Shown here in pieces: positions 28,976-39,584 of a stretch of 64,000 nt of DNA (position 1 is the stretch's first letter; every line of letters starts with the position of its first letter). A program made the position numbers and the translations under genes. The stretch spans positions 1 to 64,000 of IMG/VR virus record IMGVR_UViG_2882238243_000002; one strand, written 5' to 3'. The notes beneath the pieces are model-generated. The model had not been told where the DNA came from. It saw nothing but the letters and a program-made list of their open reading frames with translations, and ran no database searches. Origin of the DNA: a virus (lineage: Duplodnaviria; Caudoviricetes).

Positions 28976-29248
28976 CTATTCCTGTATCATTTTCTGCAAA
29001 ATGTTTGTACATCTTAAAACTTCACGCTTGCATTGTTTTTTTGTAAAACTTTCTTTTCTTAAGAAATTCACCGAATTGACAACAGAGACATATTTCTGAT
29101 TTGTCGCTAATTCAGGATAAGTATCTAACGCACCAACTAATTGAATTGCTACGGAATCTATATGGTCTTGAACACCATAATTATTTTCATCATTTAATGG
29201 TAATATTTTGTAAATACTACCTATCATGTATTTCAAAAATTCAGTCAT
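28976..29248 (-). CDS. Hypothetical head-tail protein
   Basis: GAGGTGG RBS; overlaps the upstream gene. Confidence 0.7.
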   Translation of the reverse strand: MTEFLKYMIGSIYKILPLNDENNYGVQDHIDSVAIQLVGALDTYPELATNQKYVSVVNSVNFLRKESFTKKQCKREVLRCTNILQKMIQE

Positions 29249-29682
29249 AAGCCACCTCGTTTCGGAAGTTTTCCATGACTAAATGAATAATTTGAAACCA
29301 TTATAGATGAATTTTTCTTTGCTAATGTGAATACATCAGTAAGTTTTGCTAATAGGTTTGCAGGACTATAAAGACTATAATCTTTTGTACTAAGTGAATT
29401 AACGAGATTATCTTCATTATTTAACTTTGGCTGTAACCATGCAACTACCATTGTTTCTGAAATAATATCTAATATTTCATCATTTAAGGTATTATTAAAT
29501 ACTCTTAATTCATCATCTCTATCTGTCAAATCCACCTTACAACACTTAAACTTCGCACATGCACTTCGCATATATCCATATACAATATCTTCTTTTTCAG
29601 TATCATTAAACATAGTAAGGCTATATGCGGTTACCTTATCAAGAAACCAACTGTATACTTCTGAATAGTTTGTTGTTTCCAT
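29245..29682 (-). CDS. Head-tail adaptor-like protein
   Basis: YSEVYSWFL..KDYSLYSPANLL; position after the capsid gene. Confidence 0.65.
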   Translation of the reverse strand: METTNYSEVYSWFLDKVTAYSLTMFNDTEKEDIVYGYMRSACAKFKCCKVDLTDRDDELRVFNNTLNDEILDIISETMVVAWLQPKLNNEDNLVNSLSTKDYSLYSPANLLAKLTDVFTLAKKNSSIMVSNYSFSHGKLPKRGGL

Positions 29683-29690
29683 AAGTCCTC

Positions 29691-30299
29691 CTAATCTTCA
29701 GGAGAAGCTAATTCACAGTTTAGGACTTCCTCTAACAGTTTTACTTTAGAAATAGAATCCAATGAGCCATCTTTGATTTTATCATTTGCTCTAATTACAA
29801 CAGTCCTCTTAATAGTATCAGACATAATAGAGATTGTTTCTCTCATTTCTTTTTCATTCATTGTGAAAATATCATCTAATTCAAAAGCAATAGCATTTTC
29901 ATCATAATATCTTCCAACTTGTAAAGCATCATAAATATCTTTGAGCGTATATATAGTCATATCTACACTGTGAGAGTCAATAATAGACACCCAATCTTCT
30001 TTAAAGAACATCTGTTGTCTTGCTTTCATGTCACGAATATCTTTGGCAGTAAGGGTTTGTTCTTCGCCGTAATTTTCCCAAATAAATTGATCGCCAGTTC
30101 TATCGTTAATATAAATTAATTCTCCAAAAACATTGCTTTTTACTACTAATTCATCTAAATCGCTTAATACTAATCTTTTCTTTTCAACTGCATTAGGTGA
30201 CGTAGCCGAAATAGTGGTGATTTTTATATCTTCATTTTCGATAACCTTTTTAGGTCTACCTGGCTTCTTTTTTACATCTTCCATTTTATTTCCTTTCAT
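29691..30299 (-). CDS. Hypothetical head-associated protein
   Basis: ORF directly after the capsid gene. Confidence 0.7.
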   Translation of the reverse strand: MKGNKMEDVKKKPGRPKKVIENEDIKITTISATSPNAVEKKRLVLSDLDELVVKSNVFGELIYINDRTGDQFIWENYGEEQTLTAKDIRDMKARQQMFFKEDWVSIIDSHSVDMTIYTLKDIYDALQVGRYYDENAIAFELDDIFTMNEKEMRETISIMSDTIKRTVVIRANDKIKDGSLDSISKVKLLEEVLNCELASPED

Positions 30300-30345
30300 T
30301 CATTAATTTAGGCACCTGTATAAAAACAGATGCCTAAATCGTTTA

Positions 30346-31344
30346 TTAAGAGATGGTATAAATACCAAGTTTGTTTGCGAATGCTACACCCACACCAGCT
30401 TCTTCAGCATAGAGATAATTCTGGGTGAAGTCAGGTGTCTGTAAAGGATCGGTTACTGATAAAATACCTTCGCCCTTTGTAACATACTTAATAGGTTTCT
30501 CGTCACCAGCAATAACGACAATCTTATTATCATTGAGTAAGAATTCGTCAGAGCCAACTTTATGTCTTTGAGGAACATAGATCATATTTGTACCATTGAA
30601 CTTACCATAGTAACCCATGTTATACAAATCTGTTTTTGCTTCATCAGAAACAGTAGCAGTAGTAATCTTTCTTAATGCAGACTTTGTTCCAATAATTGTA
30701 CCGATCGCTTCATTTGCTGCTTCGGTATGCTGAATCAATGTCAGAAGAGTATCCTCTGAGTATGTACCAGTCTTAACATAAGTAGAATTTAATCCACGAG
30801 TAGTGGCTGTAATTCCATCATATGCGGTGTAGATATTATCATATCTATCACGGATGAAAGCCTTAGATACAGCAGCAATAAACTGATTGAAGTCGGTTCT
30901 CTTTGCAAGCAATTTCTTTAGCTCTTCGTATACTTTTATAACCTTGAGAGTAGTATCAACATTGTACTTATCTTTTTTACCTAATCTCTGTCTACGAATA
31001 CCGCTTACGCCATATGCTGTATCAGCAACAATCAATTCGGTTTTATCCTCTGTCCAGAAATCAATATCATCACCAAGAGCAATGTTTCTATAATCAACCA
31101 TGTTCATAAAGAACTCATTACCCTGAAATCCTTCATGTACGATTAACGGAAGAATCTCTTCAATGATTTCAAAGCAAGCATTTCCTCTTTGAAATGTTTT
31201 CCAATTTAATTCGGTTGAGCCACCGTTTGCTGAGATTAATTCATCAATCATGGCGTCAGAATTTTTAGAAGCATCTGCAAAGTTACCAGAAACTTTATTT
31301 GTAATCATATCTGTAGCCAATTTAATCACTTTTAATTTATCCAT
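30346..31344 (-). CDS. Major capsid protein
   Basis: 332 aa; FEIIEE..IRRQRL..IIGTKSALRKI; follows the scaffold and decoration genes as in SPbeta-like phages. Confidence 0.82.
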   Translation of the reverse strand: MDKLKVIKLATDMITNKVSGNFADASKNSDAMIDELISANGGSTELNWKTFQRGNACFEIIEEILPLIVHEGFQGNEFFMNMVDYRNIALGDDIDFWTEDKTELIVADTAYGVSGIRRQRLGKKDKYNVDTTLKVIKVYEELKKLLAKRTDFNQFIAAVSKAFIRDRYDNIYTAYDGITATTRGLNSTYVKTGTYSEDTLLTLIQHTEAANEAIGTIIGTKSALRKITTATVSDEAKTDLYNMGYYGKFNGTNMIYVPQRHKVGSDEFLLNDNKIVVIAGDEKPIKYVTKGEGILSVTDPLQTPDFTQNYLYAEEAGVGVAFANKLGIYTIS

Positions 31345-31373
31345 GTTATAATATCCTCCTATTTATTTTTCAA

Positions 31374-31853
31374 TTAGCCATTAACCTTGACAGCGTATTT
31401 ACCGTTTGTAAAGTCAACAATTTTACCAATAACTGTAGATCCAGCGGTAGCAGTAGCAACAACTTTTAACTTATAACCAGCCTGTAACTCTACAATTTTC
31501 CCAACAGCAGGTGTGCCATCAAATCCTTCAGCAGTGAGAGAAAAGATATCTTTTGCTGTTAAATAATCACCAGTAGCTGGTAATAAAATATCTGCCTTAT
31601 TAATGAAGTCTGATAAGTTTTTCTTTCTTTCATCAGCATCAACTTCTGGTGTAGTAAGGATTGCGATATCAGTAAGTGCTGTACTTGCAGTTGGCTTAGT
31701 TGTAGCGAAAACTTCCCTCTTTCCACTTACTAAATCACCTACTACAACTACAGAACCGTTCTGTAAATCCTCATTAATTTTCAAAGATACTCTTTTAGTA
31801 CCGTCATATTCGCTCGCCATTTTTTCACGAGTAATTACTGCATAATCTGCCAT
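31374..31853 (-). CDS. Capsid decoration/cement-like protein
   Basis: LQNGSVVVVGDL; lies between the protease and capsid genes. Confidence 0.65.
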   Translation of the reverse strand: MADYAVITREKMASEYDGTKRVSLKINEDLQNGSVVVVGDLVSGKREVFATTKPTASTALTDIAILTTPEVDADERKKNLSDFINKADILLPATGDYLTAKDIFSLTAEGFDGTPAVGKIVELQAGYKLKVVATATAGSTVIGKIVDFTNGKYAVKVNG

Positions 31854-31920
31854 AATTGTATTTCCTCCTTAAAATTTGCATAAAAATAGAGCCTATTATT
31901 GGCTCGTTTAAAATGTGTTG

Positions 31921-33558
31921 TTAGTTGTACTTTCTACTTAAGATTCCACCGTATCCGTCATCTTCTGGTTCATCAACAGTATTATCAATGCCTGTATGAA
32001 CAACGTCTGGTGTATTTTTATTTGCTACTGAGAAATTAGCGTTTTTCTTTCCGAGTAAAGCAAAACATTTTTCTTCAATCGCATCTAATTCCATATTTGA
32101 GAAATTGGCTTTTAGAGTCATATAATCAGACATGTTTGCTAGAGACTCATCAAACTTTTCAAAGATAGCATTTACAGATGATTCAAACTGTGCATCAAGT
32201 GTATCTTTCTCAAATTTCTTCAATCTTTCAAATTCAGCATTTTGGGCTTCAAAAGTTACTCTTGCTTTTTCAATGCTTGCATTCTCTTCAATAGTTACCC
32301 ACTTTACAATCATTTTTTCAAAATCAGATGTGAGAGCTACAACATTGTTAACAATAACGTAAGCAAATCTTCCTTTAGAATAAGTCCACTTATTACCATC
32401 ATATTCCTCTTTTTCTACATAAACAAAATTATCATCGAAATCTGCAATCCAGTAATCAAGTGCATAGAGTAGTCTACCATCTTCATCACGTTCCTCACTT
32501 CGTTTTAATGCTCCTCTTAATAATTCACGTTTCTCATTATATGTAGAGAATACTGTACTTGTTGGGAGTTCTGCTTTAGGTTCAGTTGCTTTCTTTTCAG
32601 ATGCATAATTAGACACTAATGATCTAAAATCATTTTCTGAGATATCCATAGAAAATTCGCCAATTTCCTCTTTAGTTAATTCAAATTCAGCTAAGACAGA
32701 ATTGATTAATTCGTCACTCAATGAATCTTTCTTAGTAAATTCAGTAAGATATGTTCTTAATTCATCTTCTGTAGTAGTGTCTGTAATTTCAAAATCTATG
32801 TTGTCTAAAGAAACTGAAAATCCAGCTAGGATATTATCAATAAATTCCTTTGTCAAAATACTTCCTCCTTCCGTATTTTCGTTATTTATGTCATCGTCAT
32901 TAGACGTTTGACTTTGCTTTGAAAAATAAGTATTAAATTGTTCTAGTTTTGTTTTTATTTCATTTAATGTAAAGTTTGTATCAATTGAAGAACCAATCAT
33001 TGCCGGCGTTGTATTTTCACCTAATGCACAAGCACCGTAAAATACAATCTTTGAAAATACAAAATGTTTTTCCTTATCAAAATCGCCTTCTATAGAATCT
33101 TCATCTAATTCCATACTCTGTTTTTTGATTCCGTCTCGTAAGAAAATATCTGAGTCTTCAATTTTAGTCCATACAAGACCATCAACTACTAAATATTCTC
33201 TCTCGATTCCATCTTCACACATTTCTTTTTCATATCTTGGATTACAACTTTCTGGTATTACACCATATGAAGAACCTTTATATGTGACAGAAATTTTCTT
33301 TTTATCAATAGTTAAGACGCTTCGATGATCTGAAAAATCTTTGTCGCCATTTTTATCCTTTTCAACATAACCAAGTATTGGAGTGTTATATAAAGTTGGA
33401 ATAGCAGCATCAACAACATCTTTTGTAAAAATACTATTGTTCAGATTTAAACCGAGATGCATTAATTTTATTTTCACACGAGTAAATCGAGTGTCAGTTA
33501 TATCTACACTGTCAAGTTTTTCAAACGTAACAGGTATCGTACGTAATTCTTTGTCCAC
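31921..33558 (-). CDS. Prohead protease/scaffold protein
   Basis: HLGLNLNNS..PILGY..KQSMEL..ACALG..PAM N-terminal domain plus acidic scaffold C-terminus. Confidence 0.8.
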   Translation of the reverse strand: MDKELRTIPVTFEKLDSVDITDTRFTRVKIKLMHLGLNLNNSIFTKDVVDAAIPTLYNTPILGYVEKDKNGDKDFSDHRSVLTIDKKKISVTYKGSSYGVIPESCNPRYEKEMCEDGIEREYLVVDGLVWTKIEDSDIFLRDGIKKQSMELDEDSIEGDFDKEKHFVFSKIVFYGACALGENTTPAMIGSSIDTNFTLNEIKTKLEQFNTYFSKQSQTSNDDDINNENTEGGSILTKEFIDNILAGFSVSLDNIDFEITDTTTEDELRTYLTEFTKKDSLSDELINSVLAEFELTKEEIGEFSMDISENDFRSLVSNYASEKKATEPKAELPTSTVFSTYNEKRELLRGALKRSEERDEDGRLLYALDYWIADFDDNFVYVEKEEYDGNKWTYSKGRFAYVIVNNVVALTSDFEKMIVKWVTIEENASIEKARVTFEAQNAEFERLKKFEKDTLDAQFESSVNAIFEKFDESLANMSDYMTLKANFSNMELDAIEEKCFALLGKKNANFSVANKNTPDVVHTGIDNTVDEPEDDGYGGILSRKYN

Positions 33559-33572
33559 ATTTCACCACCTTT

Positions 33573-35060
33573 CTATGCATCAGCATGTCTATTATCATTT
33601 TCTCTTGTTTGAATGCCAGAATCAGACAGTTCTGTATCATCTACTTTTGGTCGTCCATCTTCATCTGTTGTATCAGAATTAGATTGTGTATTACTTGACT
33701 GAAGAGGCTTCCATGAGTTTACGATATCTAAACAATCTTCAAGAATAGAAGTGCCATAGGATTGTGCCGGTGTATAACCAAAACATGCTAATAGTTCATT
33801 TTTTATAGGCGCACCATAGGTACAAGCTTTTAACAGACTATCTATGTATTCTTTTTGGTTATATGTGGTAACATCAAGCATTTTCATTTCAAATTTATAC
33901 TTGTCTGGGAACTGCTTTAACTTTTTATTAATTACACGCTCAATCATTCTGTGGATATGGCATACCATTTCACTGTCATTTTTTATAGAGGATGAGATAG
34001 TAGCAGAAGATGATTTTGTACTATTAAATAATAGCTCTGAAACACCACTTGCGGTAAAGAAAGATGATACAGATTCACTATAGGCATTTACTTGACTTGC
34101 AGTGCCACTTTGTTCAAATGAGAAATCTTGAATCTCATATGGAGACATACCAATTCCAACATTGTCATCAACACATTCACTAAGAAAGTCATAATATTCT
34201 AGTGCTTTATCAAAATCACCGCCAGCAAAATTGCCTTGTTCATCAAGTGGTAATTTCATAAGTAGCAATTTATAAATATTGAGTTTATCTTTTGCTTTTT
34301 CTATTTTTCTTAAATCTTCTAAATCAAAGATAGTAGTAATTAAGTTTGCAAAAATTGGGATAGCATAGTTCACATTGTCAGATAGTTTTACAGCAAATGA
34401 ATATTCATCATTTAACTCTTGCCAACGATATTTTGTCCTGTCCTTCTTGTATGAATTATATTTGGCAATAAATTCTCCACCATAATTTGCAAGTTGTTTT
34501 GGATATTTATCAAAATATTGAAAATCAAATTGGAATTGTAATACGCCATCAATGTTACTTGACACTTCGCATCTGTCATATGGGAGCAATCTACAAAAAT
34601 AGCTGTCGTCAGTCTTATATTCATAAACATAAGCAACGTCAGCTACAAATAATTCGGTTATAATTTTTTCCCATTCGCTTTTGATATTCATTACACCAAG
34701 AACATCAATAGTGCTTTTATAACAATCTAAGAAATTTTTTTTGCTAAATCTTTTCATATCCAACTTATATGGAACAACCACATAGGACAAGAGAGACATT
34801 TTGCTGAAATAATCACAAATTCTTCTATAATGTGGACTAACCATGTAACAATACTTTGATATTTCTATCAATTTCTTTTCGAACTTTTGTGGCGTTTCAA
34901 TCCACTTAATTACATCTTCACGATTATACTTTTTGAAGAATTCGCCTTGCAAATTGGATTGATTCATATCTTTAAGAATCATTTTTGCTTGCTTGGCAAA
35001 TAATGCAAAGTTCATTAGCTTCATTTTTTGCTCATCAGTAATTTCATTTTTGTTAGGCAT
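33573..35060 (-). CDS. Portal protein
   Basis: Follows TerL; SGVSELLFN and PLQSSNTQS..GRP tail. Confidence 0.8.
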   Translation of the reverse strand: MPNKNEITDEQKMKLMNFALFAKQAKMILKDMNQSNLQGEFFKKYNREDVIKWIETPQKFEKKLIEISKYCYMVSPHYRRICDYFSKMSLLSYVVVPYKLDMKRFSKKNFLDCYKSTIDVLGVMNIKSEWEKIITELFVADVAYVYEYKTDDSYFCRLLPYDRCEVSSNIDGVLQFQFDFQYFDKYPKQLANYGGEFIAKYNSYKKDRTKYRWQELNDEYSFAVKLSDNVNYAIPIFANLITTIFDLEDLRKIEKAKDKLNIYKLLLMKLPLDEQGNFAGGDFDKALEYYDFLSECVDDNVGIGMSPYEIQDFSFEQSGTASQVNAYSESVSSFFTASGVSELLFNSTKSSSATISSSIKNDSEMVCHIHRMIERVINKKLKQFPDKYKFEMKMLDVTTYNQKEYIDSLLKACTYGAPIKNELLACFGYTPAQSYGTSILEDCLDIVNSWKPLQSSNTQSNSDTTDEDGRPKVDDTELSDSGIQTRENDNRHADA

Positions 35061-35073
35061 TATGTCCTCCTCT

Positions 35074-36825
35074 CTACGTGTATTTTGGTTTACGGAATTG
35101 TAATTTACTCTTATCAAAAGGCTTTTCATTAGGTTTCTTTAACTTGGTTTCTAATTGACACTGAACCCAATAATTATAACCAACACTAGAAACCCTATCT
35201 TTGCGCATTCCGGCTTTTTCATAAACTTTAATGTTTACACCTTTTGCTTCATATTCAAGATTTATTAACTCATTAATTAATAGTGTTGTATGAATATAAG
35301 GGAGCTGCAATAGCATTTTGTCACTCATATTGAGCGAATTATATCCACGCATTCCTTTTAGTAACTCCTCCGCTTCAAATTCGTGCAATAAAAGGTTTAT
35401 TTTATGTTGTCTAAAGCCTTCACGCAATGATAAGTACATATCATTATTAAATTGAGCAGTAGCTTGGATAGCCCAAATAACTTTTGGAGCATTAGGAACC
35501 TTACACCTTTCAGCATACACTTTGTCATTACAACAACTTAATGCCCTATACGTTTCTCCTGTCATTGGATCATACATATCTTTGATTAAGCAATCATAGA
35601 CGCCCAATCCAATACCCTTAACATCTAATGCTATGTATGTACATTTAAATATTTCATAATATCTACGAATTATCAATGCAAGTTCATCTGTGTTTAAACC
35701 TTCATGATTTTCGGTATATATCATATTGCCAATGTATTTTTGATTCTCTGTTGGAATAGCACTATTGATAAATATAGAAGCCGCATCATTGTTTTGCTTT
35801 TTAGAAGCTAATAATGCAACGTCAGTAGAAATTATTCGTTGTTCTTGGGGTTTCAATTCTGGTATTTTTATTGATTTATCCGATAATAATTTGGAAATAT
35901 AATCTGGATATACACATCTTTTGAGCAACCTAGTTTTCGATGTGTCTTCATATGAAAAAAGACTACCATCCTTATCTCCGTACCAAAGACAACCCATTTC
36001 CATATCCCAAGCCATTTCGGAGAAGTCAGCCTCAGACATCTCGTCAGCTACTTGCTCTCTTGACAATAAATCTTCTTTAATTGATATTTGATATGGTAAA
36101 CCACAGATGAAGTATTTTTTTGTATCATTAACTAAATTAGCGCAATATGCTTTTGCCTTTTCAAAAGACCAATGGCTTTTAAACCAACAACTTGACATAT
36201 AAATTTCTTTGTTTCGTTCTACAAGATGTTTATATTCCTTTTTATTTAAGTATTTTGGCGTTCTTGGAGCTGTTAAGAATTTACGCAAAACAGTATTAAT
36301 TACGGTTAAATCTACCATTCTAAATTCGTCTGTGATAAGTATATTTGCTCTAGCAGACCGTCCAGAATCGGATGCAGTAACAACTTTTATCCATGAACCA
36401 TTTTTAAAAAGCACATAGGCTTTATTTTGACCGACTGAATAGTCATCAATTTCTAATTTTAGATTGTCCGATTTATCTAAAAAATCAGTAGTTATCTTTT
36501 CGAGAACTTCGTTTGCCTGATTACGATTTTTTGAAGCAACACAAATTTTTGTTCCGGGATAAAGGATACATCTAATTGTACAAAAGAGAGCAGTTAACCA
36601 TGTTTTTCCTTGCCCACGAGCTGCAAGGTACATGAAATAATTGCTCACATTCATCATATATAGCAAAATTATCTGAAATAGTTTTAGGGTAATTCCTAAA
36701 TAGTCTTTTGCAAATCTATGTGGGTTAGCACGATAGAAACTGCACCATGTCGCAACACCGTTCATTATTTTGGCAGCTTTATCATTTGCAACTTCTTGTT
36801 CTGTTTTTTTATTAGTTTGAATCAT
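35074..36825 (-). CDS. Terminase large subunit
   Basis: AARGQGKT Walker A, ILITDEFR Walker B, STDVA..D..DRVSS nuclease domain. Confidence 0.92.
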   Translation of the reverse strand: MIQTNKKTEQEVANDKAAKIMNGVATWCSFYRANPHRFAKDYLGITLKLFQIILLYMMNVSNYFMYLAARGQGKTWLTALFCTIRCILYPGTKICVASKNRNQANEVLEKITTDFLDKSDNLKLEIDDYSVGQNKAYVLFKNGSWIKVVTASDSGRSARANILITDEFRMVDLTVINTVLRKFLTAPRTPKYLNKKEYKHLVERNKEIYMSSCWFKSHWSFEKAKAYCANLVNDTKKYFICGLPYQISIKEDLLSREQVADEMSEADFSEMAWDMEMGCLWYGDKDGSLFSYEDTSKTRLLKRCVYPDYISKLLSDKSIKIPELKPQEQRIISTDVALLASKKQNNDAASIFINSAIPTENQKYIGNMIYTENHEGLNTDELALIIRRYYEIFKCTYIALDVKGIGLGVYDCLIKDMYDPMTGETYRALSCCNDKVYAERCKVPNAPKVIWAIQATAQFNNDMYLSLREGFRQHKINLLLHEFEAEELLKGMRGYNSLNMSDKMLLQLPYIHTTLLINELINLEYEAKGVNIKVYEKAGMRKDRVSSVGYNYWVQCQLETKLKKPNEKPFDKSKLQFRKPKYT

Positions 36826-37885
36826 CTAATTCACCGCCAAAAACAGCATCAAAAAGAGCTTCATCATCATCCTCGTATTCGGGCTTATTTACTTTGTATT
36901 TTTCCATTTCATCTTCATACATACGAGAATAAGTATTTTTAATGCCCATCATTTTGCATAGATGCCCAAGGAAATAAACAGTAATATATTTTACAATACC
37001 ATCTACATCTTTCCATTCTGGGTCTGGTTCAGGAATAGGCTTTTCATTTTCCCATTTTCTGATTAAGGTTCCGAATGTGTTTTGTTCTGCTAATGTATTG
37101 TCTTTTGTTTGCTTTGGTTGTAAATTTGCTGTTGCTAACAAATCTTGAAATGTCTTAGTTAAGTCTTTGGTTGAAAGACCCTCTCGTTTTGCCTTTAAAA
37201 TATCTAATTGGGCATAACATATTTGTTTAAAGACTTCTTCTTGAGATTTAGTGCTACATTCATGTCTGGTAGTCCAATCCAAGTATTCATCTTCAAGAAA
37301 TACATAATCGTCCTCATCAAAGCCGATTCCGAAGAATTTAACCGTTTTTAATTTAGCCTTTTTTGAATCTTTTATGTCGTCAAGTGTTTCAATTACACCC
37401 TCAACACGTTCCTCATCCAGAGTGGTATCATAAGTTTTTCCTGAATATTGGGTTAAGTTGGATTTTGATATGTAACTGTGAATGCGAGATCTATTTTTGG
37501 TTATTTTACGACTTGCACTCAATAAACTGGAAGAATAATAAATATCATATTTCTCGCACATCCTTCTTATTGCTGCGTCTTCGTCACCACCATAAGCAGT
37601 GGTATAATGCTCAAATAGTTTATCCGTACATTTTTTGCAAATAGGTAAATGATAGTTCCAACCAGCATATAATTCACTTTGAGATGAAGGAAAGTTATCA
37701 TCTAGCTTAGTATAATTTGTAGAACAAGTAGGGCATTTGTAAAAATTAGGTTCCTCATCTTTTGAGTATCTTATTTTTTGAATTTCTGTACTTTTAGACG
37801 GTGCAGTTACGACAACACGTCTATTTGATTTTTCTTGTGCCAATACAAACGCACCACCTTTCTTTGCAATAAAATAAGCACTCAC
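36812..37885 (-). CDS. Putative terminase small subunit (YonG-like, Zn finger)
   Basis: CPTC..ICKKC; directly upstream of TerL. Confidence 0.6.
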   Translation of the reverse strand: MSAYFIAKKGGAFVLAQEKSNRRVVVTAPSKSTEIQKIRYSKDEEPNFYKCPTCSTNYTKLDDNFPSSQSELYAGWNYHLPICKKCTDKLFEHYTTAYGGDEDAAIRRMCEKYDIYYSSSLLSASRKITKNRSRIHSYISKSNLTQYSGKTYDTTLDEERVEGVIETLDDIKDSKKAKLKTVKFFGIGFDEDDYVFLEDEYLDWTTRHECSTKSQEEVFKQICYAQLDILKAKREGLSTKDLTKTFQDLLATANLQPKQTKDNTLAEQNTFGTLIRKWENEKPIPEPDPEWKDVDGIVKYITVYFLGHLCKMMGIKNTYSRMYEDEMEKYKVNKPEYEDDDEALFDAVFGGELDDSN

Positions 37886-37950
37886 CGCCAGAGCAGTAGT
37901 ACTTGCAATTAATTTTCTTATTTATTTTTACTACCATATGAAAGCGCAGT

Positions 37951-38595
37951 TTAATTTGAAAATCCAATAACAATATGATTTTCCATAAGTTTATCTAATT
38001 GTTCTTGACTTAATCCAGAACCTTCATCAATAAAAAATATTTTATTTCTGTATTGACGTAAAGCCATAGCGTCTTTGTATGTAATAATAGTTGTTTTAAA
38101 ATCAAATAATTTACAATTATTATCTATACCAGTAGCAAGATGCCTGTTTTTATCAACAACAATACATCCATTATATTTATCACAAAGACTGGCTAACGCA
38201 TATGATTTTCCAGTTCCTCTGTGGTGCTTACCATTACAATAAAGATGACTTTTACCAGAAATAATATAATCTTCAAACATCTTTGACCATCTATTTGTAT
38301 CTTCTTTTCCTTGAGGTACAACACGCCATTTTTTATGCCTCTTAATTTCACCACAATGATTTTGTTCCCATACTGCGATTTCTTTATGACCATCTGTTTC
38401 ATATTCAGAATACATCAATTTCCAATCGTATTCTTTAATAAGTGAGAGAGTGTCTTTCAAAAGTCGCATGGTGTCAAGTGCACCACGAAAATCATTCTTT
38501 TCTTGTAGTGCGGTGAATTTCTTTTGCAGTGATTTTGCATCACTAATTAATGTCTCAACTGTTTCCTTAAAAATGTTTTGGTTTGTATTGCTCAT
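37951..38595 (-). CDS. Hypothetical protein with P-loop-like motifs
   Basis: RGTGKS and FFIDEG. Confidence 0.6.
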   Translation of the reverse strand: MSNTNQNIFKETVETLISDAKSLQKKFTALQEKNDFRGALDTMRLLKDTLSLIKEYDWKLMYSEYETDGHKEIAVWEQNHCGEIKRHKKWRVVPQGKEDTNRWSKMFEDYIISGKSHLYCNGKHHRGTGKSYALASLCDKYNGCIVVDKNRHLATGIDNNCKLFDFKTTIITYKDAMALRQYRNKIFFIDEGSGLSQEQLDKLMENHIVIGFSN

Positions 38596-38653
38596 AATTT
38601 TCCTCCGGCAGTAAGTTGCAAGCTATTAATTATAATGACAATAAATGTCATAA

Positions 38654-38726
38654 CCTGAATAGCAGGGCTTGAACCTGCAACGTCTGGCTCCCAAAACCAG
38701 CGGACTTCCAATTGTCCTATATCCAG
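38654..38726 (-). tRNA. tRNA-Pro(UGG)
   Basis: CTGGATA/TATTCAG acceptor; CTGGT-TTTGGGA-GCCAG anticodon arm; GGTTCAAGCC T arm. Confidence 0.85.
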
Positions 38727-38804
38727 ATAAAAAAGATGTGTGTAGCAAACACATAAATAATTTCTAAAATACACATACTATTACCAAAAACGGAGGTAAT
38801 TAGA

Positions 38805-39584
38805 ATGGCAGCTCATAAATCAGCGATATCAGTAGGTCTTTTATATATTCCGGTCGGATTATATAAAACAACTAGAGACACCAGCATATCTTTCAATCAA
38901 CTGTGTAAAGATACTCATGAAAGAATTAAATACAAAAAAATTTGTCCTTCGTGTAATAAAGAAGTTAGTAGTAGCGATATAATAAAAGGCTACGAATACG
39001 AGAAGGACAGATATGTAACTTTCACAGAAGATGAGCTTGAAAAAATTAAATCTCAAAAAGATAAAACTATTCATATCGAAAATTTTGTAAAAATGTCAGA
39101 AATAGATTCCATGTACTTTAACAAAAATTATTATCTTATACCAGAGCCGGGTGCTGAAAAAGCATACGAACTATTACGTCAGTCTTTACTATCTAAGAAA
39201 GAAGCAGCTCTAGCTAAGACTGTATTAACAACTAATGAAGACCTTTTAGTTTTATATCCAACCAAAGAATGTATAATAGCAAAAATGCTTTATTATCAAG
39301 AAGAAATTCAAGAAATCCCCAAAACTATTCCGAAGGTTGAACTTTCAAAGCAAGAAGTAGATATGGCTAAATCTCTAATAGATTCAATGACAAAACGTTT
39401 TGACATATCAGCCTATCACGATGAATATCAACAAAAACTTCGTGAAGCAATTACAACAAAAATTACAGGGAATGAAATTGTTAATTCCGATACAAGTGCT
39501 CCTAACAACATTATTAATCTAATGGAAGCTTTACAAAAATCAGTAGAGTTAGCGAATAAAAATAACATTAAAGGAACAGCTTAA
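38805..39584 (+). CDS. ku: Ku protein (NHEJ end-binding)
   Basis: AISVGLLYIPVGLY..FNQL..RIKYKK..IIKGYEY..YYLIP..AYELLR..YHDEY..NLMEALQKS. Confidence 0.95.
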   Translation: MAAHKSAISVGLLYIPVGLYKTTRDTSISFNQLCKDTHERIKYKKICPSCNKEVSSSDIIKGYEYEKDRYVTFTEDELEKIKSQKDKTIHIENFVKMSEIDSMYFNKNYYLIPEPGAEKAYELLRQSLLSKKEAALAKTVLTTNEDLLVLYPTKECIIAKMLYYQEEIQEIPKTIPKVELSKQEVDMAKSLIDSMTKRFDISAYHDEYQQKLREAITTKITGNEIVNSDTSAPNNIINLMEALQKSVELANKNNIKGTA